A DNA stretch of 64,000 bases from Deltaproteobacteria bacterium. GTDB taxonomy: Bacteria > Myxococcota_A > UBA9160 > SZUA-336. The notes beneath the pieces were generated by a model. The model was not told the DNA's origin. It saw only the letters and a list, made by a program, of their open reading frames with translations, and ran no database searches. This document shows, piece by piece, positions 1 to 8,297 of this stretch. Position 1 is the stretch's first letter. The number at the start of each line of letters is the position of its first letter. Location: the NCBI GenBank assembly GCA_016875225.1, contig VGRW01000004.1, forward strand, positions 7,111 through 71,110, read 5' to 3'. The translations under genes were made by a program, and so were the position numbers.

Positions 1-572
1 GCGTCCCCCGCAAGCGAGCCGAGGTAGACGTACAGCAGGGTTCCGGGGAGCATGCCCAGACACGCGAGTGCGTAGTCGCGGAAGCGAAGCTTGGTCAGGC
101 CGAGCGCGTAGTTCAGCAGGCTGAACGGAAACGCCGGAGAGAGCCGCAGCAGGAAGGCGATCTTCCGGCCCTCGGCCGCGATGGCGCGATCGATCGCCGC
201 GAAGCGCGCGTTTCCCTCGAGCCGGCGCTCGATCGCGCCCCGCGCGACGGTCCGCGCCAGCGCGAAGGCCCCGCACGCGCCGAGGCTCGCGGCGGCGAAG
301 ACGTAGATCGTCCCGGCCGCCAGGCCGAAGATGCCGCCGGCCGCGAGCGTGAGCACCGAGCCCGGTACGAACGCGACCACCGCGAGCGCGTAGCCTGCAA
401 TGAACGCGACCGGCCCCCAGGGGCCGAGCGTCGGCACCCAGCGCAGGAAGGCCTGCACGCTCGACGTCACCGCCTCGCCGAGCCCGGTGCTCCGAGCCAG
501 CGCCACCGTGGTGATGGCGAGCGCTGCGAGCGCGAGCCCGCGCAGCCATCGTCCTCGCGCGGTCGGCGTCAT
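1..572 (-). CDS. TVP38/TMEM64 (DedA-related) family membrane protein, C-terminus cut by window edge
   Basis: Absent from the ORF track because it runs off the window. My reverse-strand translation from the ATG at 572 gives MTPTARGRWLRGLALAALAITT...RLSPAFPFSLLNYALGLTKLRFRDYALACLGMLPGTLLYVYLGSLAGD. This carries the RLxPxxPFxLxNYxxGLT signature of TVP38/TMEM64 proteins. The ATG overlaps the TGA of the upstream gene (ATGA). Confidence 0.75.
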   Translation of the reverse strand, partial: MTPTARGRWLRGLALAALAITTVALARSTGLGEAVTSSVQAFLRWVPTLGPWGPVAFIAGYALAVVAFVPGSVLTLAAGGIFGLAAGTIYVFAAASLGACGAFALARTVARGAIERRLEGNARFAAIDRAIAAEGRKIAFLLRLSPAFPFSLLNYALGLTKLRFRDYALACLGMLPGTLLYVYLGSLAGD

Positions 573-1123
573 CCGACCCGCCTGCTTCGCCACAGGTAGC
601 GGCTTCGCGTGGGCGCCCAGCCGGCCGCGACGAACCTTGCGCGCCACCAGCTTCGCGGCCGCAGCGTCACGCGCTGCGGGTCTTCGGGCTCGTGGTCCTC
701 GCTCGTGCTGCTGTAGAAGTGGAACAGCTCGCCGACGCGGCTGGCGGCCGCGAGCACGGTCGGCACATCTCGCGCCGCCAGGTAGACCAGCGCGTTCGAG
801 AAGATCAGGTCGAAACGCCGTCCCGCGCGCTCGAGGCGAGGCAGGTAGTGCCGCAGGTCGGCGCGCTCGATGCTGCGGCGGTGGCGAGGCGGGATCCGAG
901 CGTGGGCCCACGCGCTGATCTCGCAGCCGTGCGGGCGAACGCCGAGCGCCCTTTCGAGGTGCGCGAGGATCTGTCCCGTGGCCGCGCCGAGCACGAGCGC
1001 CGAGCCGATCGGTGCGCGCATGCGGCGCAACGTGGCGACGCAGTTTTCCGCCCCGCTGTGCTCGAGCCAGATCTGCTCGTACGGGGCGCGCCCGCAGTAG
1101 CGGGTGAAGTATTCGCGATTCAC
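569..1123 (-). CDS. class I SAM-dependent methyltransferase
   Basis: 184-aa ORF with a GTG start. It has a glycine-rich SAM motif (LVLGAATGQ) and a DLIFSNALVYL post-I/II pattern. It is translationally coupled to the TVP38 gene. Confidence 0.7.
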   Translation of the reverse strand: MNREYFTRYCGRAPYEQIWLEHSGAENCVATLRRMRAPIGSALVLGAATGQILAHLERALGVRPHGCEISAWAHARIPPRHRRSIERADLRHYLPRLERAGRRFDLIFSNALVYLAARDVPTVLAAASRVGELFHFYSSTSEDHEPEDPQRVTLRPRSWWRARFVAAGWAPTRSRYLWRSRRVG

Positions 1124-1297
1124 GGCGCCTGTAGATGCCAGCTGCGACCCGGGGGCGCAAAAATTTCCCTAAAGGAGTTGGCGGCCGTGTCGAAACGAAG
1201 TCATCTGGGGCGGGGCTGGCCGGGACTGGACGGTGGTGCTGGCGAAACGACCCGCAAAGCCTGAAATGGCCCGAAGGGGCCGGAAAGTGGGGGGATC

Positions 1298-1513
1298 ATG
1301 GGAATGGCGGAGAATCTGATCACGGTTCGCGAGGCGGCCAACTTCCTGCGCATCTCGGCGCGAACGGTCTACCGGCTGATCGAGTCGGGCCAGATCGGCG
1401 CGGTGCGGATCGGCAAGCAGTGGCGCATTCCGGCGAACGATCTTCCGGGCGTGACGATCGTCGAGGGTCCGAACGGCCCGCAGCTTCAGACCCAGGCGAC
1501 GTCGAACGCCTGA
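1298..1513 (+). CDS. excisionase-family (MerR-like) helix-turn-helix DNA-binding protein
   Basis: 71 aa. LITVREAANFLRISARTVYRLIESGQIGAVRIGKQWRI matches the classic excisionase/HTH_17 pattern. Confidence 0.85.
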   Translation: MGMAENLITVREAANFLRISARTVYRLIESGQIGAVRIGKQWRIPANDLPGVTIVEGPNGPQLQTQATSNA

Positions 1514-1535
1514 GCATTTCGAGGTTGGGCGTAGC

Positions 1536-1563
1536 GCGCCGGCTCTCGCGAGAGGGCCGGCGC
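1536..1563. terminator. GC-rich hairpin between convergent genes (putative bidirectional terminator)
   Basis: GCGCCGGC...GCCGGCGC forms an 8-bp outer stem enclosing the palindrome TCTCGCGAGA. A pyrimidine/T-rich run (CTTGCCTTCTTCT) follows on the + strand. It lies between the stop at 1513 (+) and the stop at 1575 (-). Confidence 0.5.
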
Positions 1564-1574
1564 CTTGCCTTCTT

Positions 1575-3443
1575 CTAGCGCGGCTCCGTCCGGCGGGGAC
1601 GCCCCGGAAAGAGCTGGCTCGCTTCCTCGGCCAGCTTGGTCACGCCCTCGAGCTCCTCGCGCAGCTCGAAGCAGATCGCGTGGATCGCGCGGCGCTCGTC
1701 CTCGGGCTCGAGCAGATCCTGCGCGCGCAGGCGCGAGAGCGAGGCGGCGAACTCGAGCACGGCCTGCACGAGCCGGCTGCGCGCGCTCTGGTAGAGCGAC
1801 CGGCTCTCGATCAGCCCGGGCGGCGGCTCGTTGCGGTGCTCGCCGTGGAGCTCGAGCGCGTCGAGCATGCCGTCCTCGCGCGCGAGCTCGGTCGCGGCGT
1901 CGCAGGCGCAGAGCAGCGCGGCGACGAGCTCGGAACGCGCGCCGTCGGAGGCCTCGCCGGCGCAGAGTCGCAGCCAGAGATCGCGGCCGAGGCGAAGGAT
2001 CTCGACCAGCAGCTTGCGGGCCTGGCCGGCCTGGAGCATCGGCATCGCCTCCGAGACCGCGCGAACCAGCGCGCCCGGCGGAGGCACGTCCGTGCCGTCA
2101 CCGATCAGTGTCTCGCGCTGGATCCAGGTCCAGCCGGAGTAGATCGCCACCGACGCCGGGATCAGGCTGGCGCCGAGCAGCGGCAGGAATCCGGCCGCGG
2201 CCGCGGCCGCGCCCGCGCCCAGCGTCGCGACCGCCAGCCAGAGGCTCCAGTGGGGCAGGGCTGCCCAGGCGCGCTCGAGCGGCAGAGCCCGCGCTTCGAT
2301 TCCACGGCTGCGCAGGCGCCGCGCGAGCACCTCCGCGTGCGAAGCCGACACGCGCACGAGCGCGCGCTGCGCGCGCGCCGCGCTGCGCAGCGCGTGGACC
2401 TCGGGGGGAATGCTGGTCAGCTCCGAGAGCAGCCGCAGCTGGTTGGCGCGGCCCTCGCGACCGTGCGCGGGAACGACCAGAAGCAGCGTGTTGGCCTCGC
2501 CGCCGTCCACGTCCTCGCAGTGCGGACAGACCGCGCGCCCCAGCGTTCCGGGCCGCCGGCAGAGCACGCAGACCCGCAGCGCCTGGCCGGAGTGCGACTC
2601 GTCGGATCGGCTCTCGAGCGAGCGCTCCGCGAGCGCCCGCGCGAAGCGCGACGCGGTCTCGAGTCGGTGGCTCGCCTCCGCGCGCGTCGCCCGCGCGATG
2701 ATCTCGTCGATCCACTCGGGCAGATCCGGGCGCTTCTCGCGCGGGTGGTGCCCGTTGGGAAGTGGATCGGGCGGAAGCTTCGGATCCGCGCCCTTCGGCA
2801 CGTAGCCGACCAGTGCGAAGAAGAGCGTCATGCCCAGCGCGTACACGTCGCTGCGCGGGTCGGCGATCTGCCCCTCGACCAGCTCGGGCGAGAGGAAGCC
2901 GACCGCCTGCAGGGGATCTTCGGGCTGCAGGAGCAGCGCCTGGCTCTCCAGGTGCACGCTGCCGAAATCGGAGAGGCGAGCGCGGCCGCCTTCGTCGAGC
3001 AGGACGTTCTGGGGCTTCACGTCCCGGTGGACCACACCGCAGCGGTGCACGGCCGAGAGCGCCGCGGCGAGCTCGGTGCCGATGCGCGCGACGGCCTCGG
3101 GGTGGAACGGCCCGTCCTCCGCCACCGCGCTCGCGAGCGACCGGCCGGTGACCCGCTCCATCGCGATCAGGCTCCAGGTTCCGTGTTCCAGGATCTCGAT
3201 CGGCCGCACGATTCCGGGGTGTGCGAGCGCGCGCACGAGCTCGGCCTCGCGGCGCAGCCGCTCTCGGGCGAAGTGCGCGGTCGCGGGAGCGAGCATCACG
3301 AGCTTGAGCGCGATCTCCGCACCGGTCGATCGATCCCGGGCAGCGTAGACGATCGACCGCTCGCCGCGTCCGAGCTCGTCTCCGATCTCGTAGCGCTCCG
3401 CGATCACCGATCCAGATGGTAGGCCGAGGGGTGCCTGCATCAC
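1575..3443 (-). CDS. Ser/Thr protein kinase with zinc-ribbon, transmembrane and helical C-terminal regions
   Basis: Hanks kinase motifs are present: GRGERSIVY (G-loop), IALK (Lys), HRDVKPQNVLL, SDFG and LSPE. Downstream are CVLCx11CPHC (a CxxC...CxxC ribbon) and hydrophobic segments (WSLWLAVATLGAGAAAAAAGFLPLLGASLIPASVAIY). Confidence 0.9.
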   Translation of the reverse strand: MMQAPLGLPSGSVIAERYEIGDELGRGERSIVYAARDRSTGAEIALKLVMLAPATAHFARERLRREAELVRALAHPGIVRPIEILEHGTWSLIAMERVTGRSLASAVAEDGPFHPEAVARIGTELAAALSAVHRCGVVHRDVKPQNVLLDEGGRARLSDFGSVHLESQALLLQPEDPLQAVGFLSPELVEGQIADPRSDVYALGMTLFFALVGYVPKGADPKLPPDPLPNGHHPREKRPDLPEWIDEIIARATRAEASHRLETASRFARALAERSLESRSDESHSGQALRVCVLCRRPGTLGRAVCPHCEDVDGGEANTLLLVVPAHGREGRANQLRLLSELTSIPPEVHALRSAARAQRALVRVSASHAEVLARRLRSRGIEARALPLERAWAALPHWSLWLAVATLGAGAAAAAAGFLPLLGASLIPASVAIYSGWTWIQRETLIGDGTDVPPPGALVRAVSEAMPMLQAGQARKLLVEILRLGRDLWLRLCAGEASDGARSELVAALLCACDAATELAREDGMLDALELHGEHRNEPPPGLIESRSLYQSARSRLVQAVLEFAASLSRLRAQDLLEPEDERRAIHAICFELREELEGVTKLAEEASQLFPGRPRRTEPR

Positions 3444-3534
3444 GCGCTCGATTCGGCGCGCGTGCGGCGAAGCTTGACCCAGGGGCGGTCAGCTGGGGTC
3501 AGACGCGCAGGGCAGCGGCAGCTCTCGCGCAAGC

Positions 3535-4716
3535 CTATCCGCCCGAGGCGGGGTCCTCCGCGTCGGCGCCCGGAGGCGTGTCGTCGTCCAGGCTCTCCAG
3601 GTAGCCGTCCGGGAGCGACACGGGCCGCGTGCCCCCGCTCTTGCCGCGCGGAACGCGCATCGCGAGCGGCGAGAACGGCTCGTCGCGATCGATTCCCGCC
3701 AGGATCTGCTCCAGCTCCGCGAGGCCAGCCACCTCGCAGAGCCGCACGCGCAGCGTCTTGCTGTCGCGGAAGCCCTTCGTGTACCAGGTCGCCTGCTTGC
3801 GAAAGCCGCGCACTCCGTAGGACTCGCCGAACCAGCCCGCGAGCAGCCGCGCGTGCTCCAGCATGGTGTCGGCGACCGCGCCGAAGCGCGGCGGATCCTG
3901 TGGCTCGCGGCCCGCGAAGACGTCGGCCAGGTCCCGGAACAGCCAGGGACGGCCCAGGCAGCCGCGGCCGACCACGACACCGTCGCAGCCGGTCCTGCGC
4001 ATCATGCGCAGCGCGTCCTCCGCCTCCCAGATGTCGCCGTTTCCGAGCACCGGAATTCCGCGCACCAGCGCCTTCAGCTCGCCGATCGCCTCCCAGCGCG
4101 CCTGGCCGTCGTAATGCTGCTCGGCCGTGCGCGCGTGCAGCGCGACCGCCGCGCAGCCCTCGTCCTCGGCGATGCGCCCGGTGTCCCGGAAGGTGGTGTG
4201 CGCGTCGTCGGTGCCGATGCGGAACTTCAGCGTCACCGGTACGCCCTGCGCGCGGCCGACCGCCGCGCGCACGATGTTGCGCAGCAGGCGGGGCTTGAGC
4301 GGCAGCGCCGCGCCGCCACCGCGCCGTGTCACCTTTCGCACCGGGCAGCCGAAGTTCATGTCCAGGTGGTCCACGTGCCCCTCGCCGACCAGCCAGGCCA
4401 CGGCCTCGCCGACCCAGCGAGGATCGACGCCGTAGAGCTGCAGCGAGCGGGGCTTCTCCTCGGGGCTGAAGCCGGCCAGGCGCAGCGTCTTCTCGTTCCC
4501 CTCGACGAGCGCCCGCGCGGTGATCATCTCCGAGACGAACAGACCCGCGCCGAAGCGCCGGCAAAGCGTCCGGAACGGCGCGTTGGTGACACCCGCCATC
4601 GGCGCGAGCACGACCGGCGGCCAGACGTCGATGGCGCCGATCCGCAGCGTGCCGAACTCGCCCGGTCGCGCGGGCTCGACGTCGCGATTGATCGCGCTGC
4701 GGTAGATCGGGTTCAT
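3535..4716 (-). CDS. dus: tRNA-dihydrouridine synthase
   Basis: LAPMAGVTNAPFR, HLDMNFGCPVRKV and the TIM-barrel flavoenzyme pattern of the Dus family. The start ATG overlaps the upstream stop (ATGA). Confidence 0.9.
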   Translation of the reverse strand: MNPIYRSAINRDVEPARPGEFGTLRIGAIDVWPPVVLAPMAGVTNAPFRTLCRRFGAGLFVSEMITARALVEGNEKTLRLAGFSPEEKPRSLQLYGVDPRWVGEAVAWLVGEGHVDHLDMNFGCPVRKVTRRGGGAALPLKPRLLRNIVRAAVGRAQGVPVTLKFRIGTDDAHTTFRDTGRIAEDEGCAAVALHARTAEQHYDGQARWEAIGELKALVRGIPVLGNGDIWEAEDALRMMRRTGCDGVVVGRGCLGRPWLFRDLADVFAGREPQDPPRFGAVADTMLEHARLLAGWFGESYGVRGFRKQATWYTKGFRDSKTLRVRLCEVAGLAELEQILAGIDRDEPFSPLAMRVPRGKSGGTRPVSLPDGYLESLDDDTPPGADAEDPASGG

Positions 4717-5468
4717 CGGAACATCTCGTCGGCGCCGAGGTTCACGTGCAGGTGGCCGGGGTCGAGCACCGCGAGCGCCTCACCGTACTCGAAGCCGCGC
4801 CCGCTCGCCCAGGCTCGCTCCTTGTGCTCGAGCGCCGCGTGCAGGAGCCCAAGCTGCTCCGGCGAGAACTGCGCGGTGTAGGCGTCGAGCGCGCGGTGCT
4901 TGCGCTCGCGCGTCGCGCCGATGTCGACCACCGTGTTCGCGCGCGCGCTCGCGTAGAAGGCGATCCCGCGCAGGCGGAACGGCTCGAACGCCTCGTCGAG
5001 CCCCGGGTCGCCGCTCGCAAAGCGCGGCAGCCCGAAGAGCAGGCACGCCTCGGCTGTGGCGAGACCCGTGCGCACGTGGTCCTGGTGCGCCTCGTACGGG
5101 AGCCAGGGATCGACGGTGAGCACGAAGTCCGGCCGGATCCGGCGCAGGTGTCGGACGACCTCGCGGCGCAGCGCGAACGCGCTCCACTCGCCGGCGTCGG
5201 GAAAGCCGAGCCGGTGCTGCGCGCGCACGCCGACCTCCCGCCCGGCCCGATCCTGCTCCTCCGCGAGCCGGGCGCGCGCGGCTTCGTCGGAGAGCCGGCG
5301 ATCGAGCACACCCACCAGGTCGTCGGTCACCGTCAGGTAGTGCACCTCGGCGCCGGCGAGCGCGAGCCGCGCGATCGTGCCTCCGGCGCAGATGTCGTTG
5401 TCGTCGTAGTGGGGCTGCACGCAGAGCAGGCGCCTGGCGCGCAGCAGGTCTGGAATCGGGATCAGCAT
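4713..5468 (-). CDS. PIG-L/LmbE family deacetylase
   Basis: VQPHYDDNDICAGGT (PIG-L PHxDD motif) and HQDH near the middle of the protein. Confidence 0.8.
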   Translation of the reverse strand: MLIPIPDLLRARRLLCVQPHYDDNDICAGGTIARLALAGAEVHYLTVTDDLVGVLDRRLSDEAARARLAEEQDRAGREVGVRAQHRLGFPDAGEWSAFALRREVVRHLRRIRPDFVLTVDPWLPYEAHQDHVRTGLATAEACLLFGLPRFASGDPGLDEAFEPFRLRGIAFYASARANTVVDIGATRERKHRALDAYTAQFSPEQLGLLHAALEHKERAWASGRGFEYGEALAVLDPGHLHVNLGADEMFR

Positions 5469-5536
5469 CGCGAGGCGGAGCGTAGCCGCAGTCGATCGTC
5501 TATGCTGCGCGGCGCCGCCGGGGGTTCGCGCCTGCG

Positions 5537-7201
5537 ATGAGCGCTGCTTGGAGAGAAGTCGGTTGGCTTGCCGCGCTCGGGCTGCTCGGGCTCGTCGGGC
5601 TCGGCTCGATCGGGCTCGTCGATTACGACGAGGCGGCGTACGCCGAGGTCGCGCGCGCGATGTTCGAGAGCGGCGATTGGCTCGTGCCGCACCTCTGCGG
5701 CGCGGTGTTCTTCGAGAAGCCGCCGCTCCTCTACTGGCTTCAGGCGTCGGGCTTCGCGGTCTTCGGCGTGGGCGAAATCGGCGCGAGGATCGGCACTGCT
5801 CTGGCGGGGGCGGCGACCCCGATCGCGCTGTGGGCGTTCGCGCGCCGGCCGCTCGGCGCGCGCGCGGCGCTTCTCTCGGCGCTCGTGCTCGCGACTTCGC
5901 TCGAATTCTTCGCGCTCACGAGAATCGCCTTCACCGACATGCTCCTCGTGCTCTGGTTCACGATCTGTCTGGGCGCGCTGTCGCGCGCGATCCGGTCGCC
6001 GGAGCGCGGCGTCGGCTGGTTCGCGCTGGCCTGCACGGCCGCGGCGCTCGCGGTGTTGACGAAAGGCGCGATCGGCATCCTGCTTCCGGGCGCGGTCGCG
6101 CTCGCGCAGCTGCTCGTCCTGGGACGTCTGCGCGCGGCGCTGCGCCCGGCCTGGCTGCTTCTGGCGCTCGCGATCGTGCCCGCGCTCGGGTTCTCCTGGT
6201 ACCTGCTGCTCGGATTCACGCAGCCCGGCGGCTTCGGCTTCATGCGCGATCTGTTCCTGGAGCACCACGTCGGCCGCTTCGCGGCGCCGATGCAGGGGCA
6301 CTCCGGCTCGCCGCTCTTCTACGTCCCCGTGCTCGCGATCGGGATGCTGCCGTGGAGCCCGTTCCTTTTTCTCGCCATCGCTCGCGCGGAGCTGCGCGGA
6401 GCCGGCGAGCGCGCGGAGCTCCTGCGCGGCTTCGCGCTCTTCAGCGGGCTCGTCTTCGTGTTCTTCTCGATCGCCGCGACCAAGCTCCCCAACTACCTGG
6501 CGCCCGCGCTGCCGGGATTCGCGCTTCTGGTCGGCGATCTGTTCGCGCGCCTCGACCTGCGCGCGCGGGATCGCGCCTTCGAGACCTCGCTCGGCGTTGC
6601 GCTCGCGGCCGCGCTGCTCGTCGCGCTGGCGCTCGCGCTCCTGCCGCTCGCGGCCGCGCTGCTTCCGATGCTGCTCTCGGAGCGCGCGGCGGAGCAATCC
6701 GGACTCGCGCAGCCGCTGGCGATCGGCGCCGCCGGAGGCCTCGGATCGGCGGCGCTGATCGCGGCGTCGGCGCTCGCGGTCGCAGGCTTTCGCAAGCGCA
6801 GACCCGATCGGAGCTTCGCGGCGCTCGCGGTCGGGTTCGTCTGCACCTACACGATCGTGTTTCACCTGGCCCTGCCGCGGTTCGACGCCCGCTTCGGGGC
6901 GCCGCTGCGCAGGCTGGCCGAGCTCGCCGCGGAGCGGCTTCCGGAATCCGAGCCGATCCTCCTGCTCGGGCTCCGCAACCGACCCAGCGTCTGCTTCTAC
7001 GCCGAGCGCGCTGCCGAGTACGTCCGCCCGACCTCCGGACCGACGGCGACGGCGCAGCTCTTCGGATCGCCGAGCCCGCGGATCGGAATCACGAGCGATC
7101 CGATCCTTTCGCGCTTCCCGGCTCGGGAGCGGCTGGAGATCCTGGTCCGCGACTCCGACTACGCGCTGTTCCGCTCCCGGCCCGAACCCGGCGCGCGGTG
7201 A
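5537..7201 (+). CDS. GT39/ArnT-like glycosyltransferase (polyprenyl-phosphate sugar transferase), polytopic membrane protein
   Basis: YDEAAYAEVARAMFESGDWLVPHLCGAVFFEKPPLLYWL is the hallmark N-terminal loop of the PMT/ArnT family. Many hydrophobic segments follow. Confidence 0.85.
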   Translation: MSAAWREVGWLAALGLLGLVGLGSIGLVDYDEAAYAEVARAMFESGDWLVPHLCGAVFFEKPPLLYWLQASGFAVFGVGEIGARIGTALAGAATPIALWAFARRPLGARAALLSALVLATSLEFFALTRIAFTDMLLVLWFTICLGALSRAIRSPERGVGWFALACTAAALAVLTKGAIGILLPGAVALAQLLVLGRLRAALRPAWLLLALAIVPALGFSWYLLLGFTQPGGFGFMRDLFLEHHVGRFAAPMQGHSGSPLFYVPVLAIGMLPWSPFLFLAIARAELRGAGERAELLRGFALFSGLVFVFFSIAATKLPNYLAPALPGFALLVGDLFARLDLRARDRAFETSLGVALAAALLVALALALLPLAAALLPMLLSERAAEQSGLAQPLAIGAAGGLGSAALIAASALAVAGFRKRRPDRSFAALAVGFVCTYTIVFHLALPRFDARFGAPLRRLAELAAERLPESEPILLLGLRNRPSVCFYAERAAEYVRPTSGPTATAQLFGSPSPRIGITSDPILSRFPARERLEILVRDSDYALFRSRPEPGAR

Positions 7202-8297
7202 CCCGGACCAGGAGCGCGAGCGCGAGCGCGCCGAGCACGCGCACGGTCCAGGTCGGCAGCGGCCGCGCCCGTGCGCGAACGTCCGGGAGCGCGACTCCGT
7301 CCCAGCGCAGCAGCGGATTGGTGAAGAGCAGCGCGCCGCGCGCGTGCACCTCGACGCGAAGGTACGGATCGGCGGCGTCCGGGCGGTAGCGCGCTTCTTC
7401 GGTGCCGCGCGCCTCGTGGCGCAGCGCGCCGCGCGCGGAGACGAAGCGGATCGCGTCCGCGATCTCGCCGACCTTCACCACCAGCTCGCCGTCCTCGAGC
7501 TCGCAGCGGACCAGCGCGATCGGCGCCTGGTTCTTTCGCATGTAGATGGCGTGGAAGCGGCCCGCGCGAAGCGCGCGGAGCGCGGCCTCGGGCGTCCTTT
7601 CTTCCGCGTCGATCAGAACCGCGCCGATTCCGACGTGGCTGGGCCTCGAGCGCTGGGTGTGGCCGTCGTCGCTGGCCATGCCCCAGACCGGGCGACCCGC
7701 GGAGAGCGCCGCGTCCCAGAACTCGGTCGAGATTCCGTACTTGCTCGCGACCTCGATCGCGTCGTAACCGGTGAGTCGGGCCAGGTCGGCGGGAGCGTAC
7801 GAGCCGGCCTTGTCCAGGTGGTTCAGGACCAGGAGCTCCGCCCCGGGTCGGAGCACGTCGATCACGTGCTGCTTGTGGCGCACGCCGCCGCCGAGCGGAT
7901 AGTCGAACCAGTGCACGCGAGACGCGCCGATCACCGTCTGGTGGCGACGCCCGATGGTGTAGCCGTGCTCGTAGGTCGGCAGGTAGAGCGCGGCGCCGGG
8001 CGGCTTCGGAGCGATGCTCATGTAGTCGCTGATCCCGACCAGGTCGTATCCGCGGGCCGAGTAGATCTCGAAGAGCTCCTCGCGCGAGACCTCGCCGAAG
8101 GTGAGCCCTCCCCAGGCGTTCGCGTGGGCGTGGAAAAAAGCCAGAAGCCCGCCCCCCCGATGGCCCGCGTACGGCTGGTACCAGTGCTCGCCGCGGAAGG
8201 GCTGCTCGCCGGGAAAGTCGTAGAAGGGCGGCCAGGCGAGCTCCAGATAGCTCGCGAGCGCGAGCAGGAGCGCCGCGATCGAGGTCAGCCGTCTCAC
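7089..8297 (-). CDS. hypothetical membrane-anchored PHP-like metal-dependent phosphoesterase-like protein
   Basis: Real start is probably the GTG at 8297, in frame with the long 7089..9839 ORF and overlapping the TGA of the helicase gene (GTGA). It has an N-terminal anchor (LTSIAALLLALASYL) and His/Asp-rich motifs (FFHAHANAW, ISDYM, YEHGY, LNHLD, SDDGH) reminiscent of the PHP fold. A second hydrophobic segment lies near the C-terminus. Confidence 0.5.
   Translation of the reverse strand: MRRLTSIAALLLALASYLELAWPPFYDFPGEQPFRGEHWYQPYAGHRGGGLLAFFHAHANAWGGLTFGEVSREELFEIYSARGYDLVGISDYMSIAPKPPGAALYLPTYEHGYTIGRRHQTVIGASRVHWFDYPLGGGVRHKQHVIDVLRPGAELLVLNHLDKAGSYAPADLARLTGYDAIEVASKYGISTEFWDAALSAGRPVWGMASDDGHTQRSRPSHVGIGAVLIDAEERTPEAALRALRAGRFHAIYMRKNQAPIALVRCELEDGELVVKVGEIADAIRFVSARGALRHEARGTEEARYRPDAADPYLRVEVHARGALLFTNPLLRWDGVALPDVRARARPLPTWTVRVLGALALALLVRVTARRVRAGSGTARSRSRGPGSPAAPEPGSAKGSDRS

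Noticed and set aside
1298-1513. Excisionase-type HTH gene as a marker of a prophage or integrative element, possibly linked to tRNA-Glu
   Set aside because: No integrase, recombinase, phage or conjugation genes, and no direct repeats of the tRNA 3' end, were seen. The HTH gene is 27 kb from the tRNA. Such small HTH proteins are common stand-alone regulators.
5462-6865. 467-aa minus-strand ORF, extremely rich in Arg/Glu/Asp/Gln (RERRE...)
   Set aside because: It is antisense to the GT39 glycosyltransferase, which has clear family motifs. Its composition is typical of shadow ORFs in high-GC DNA.
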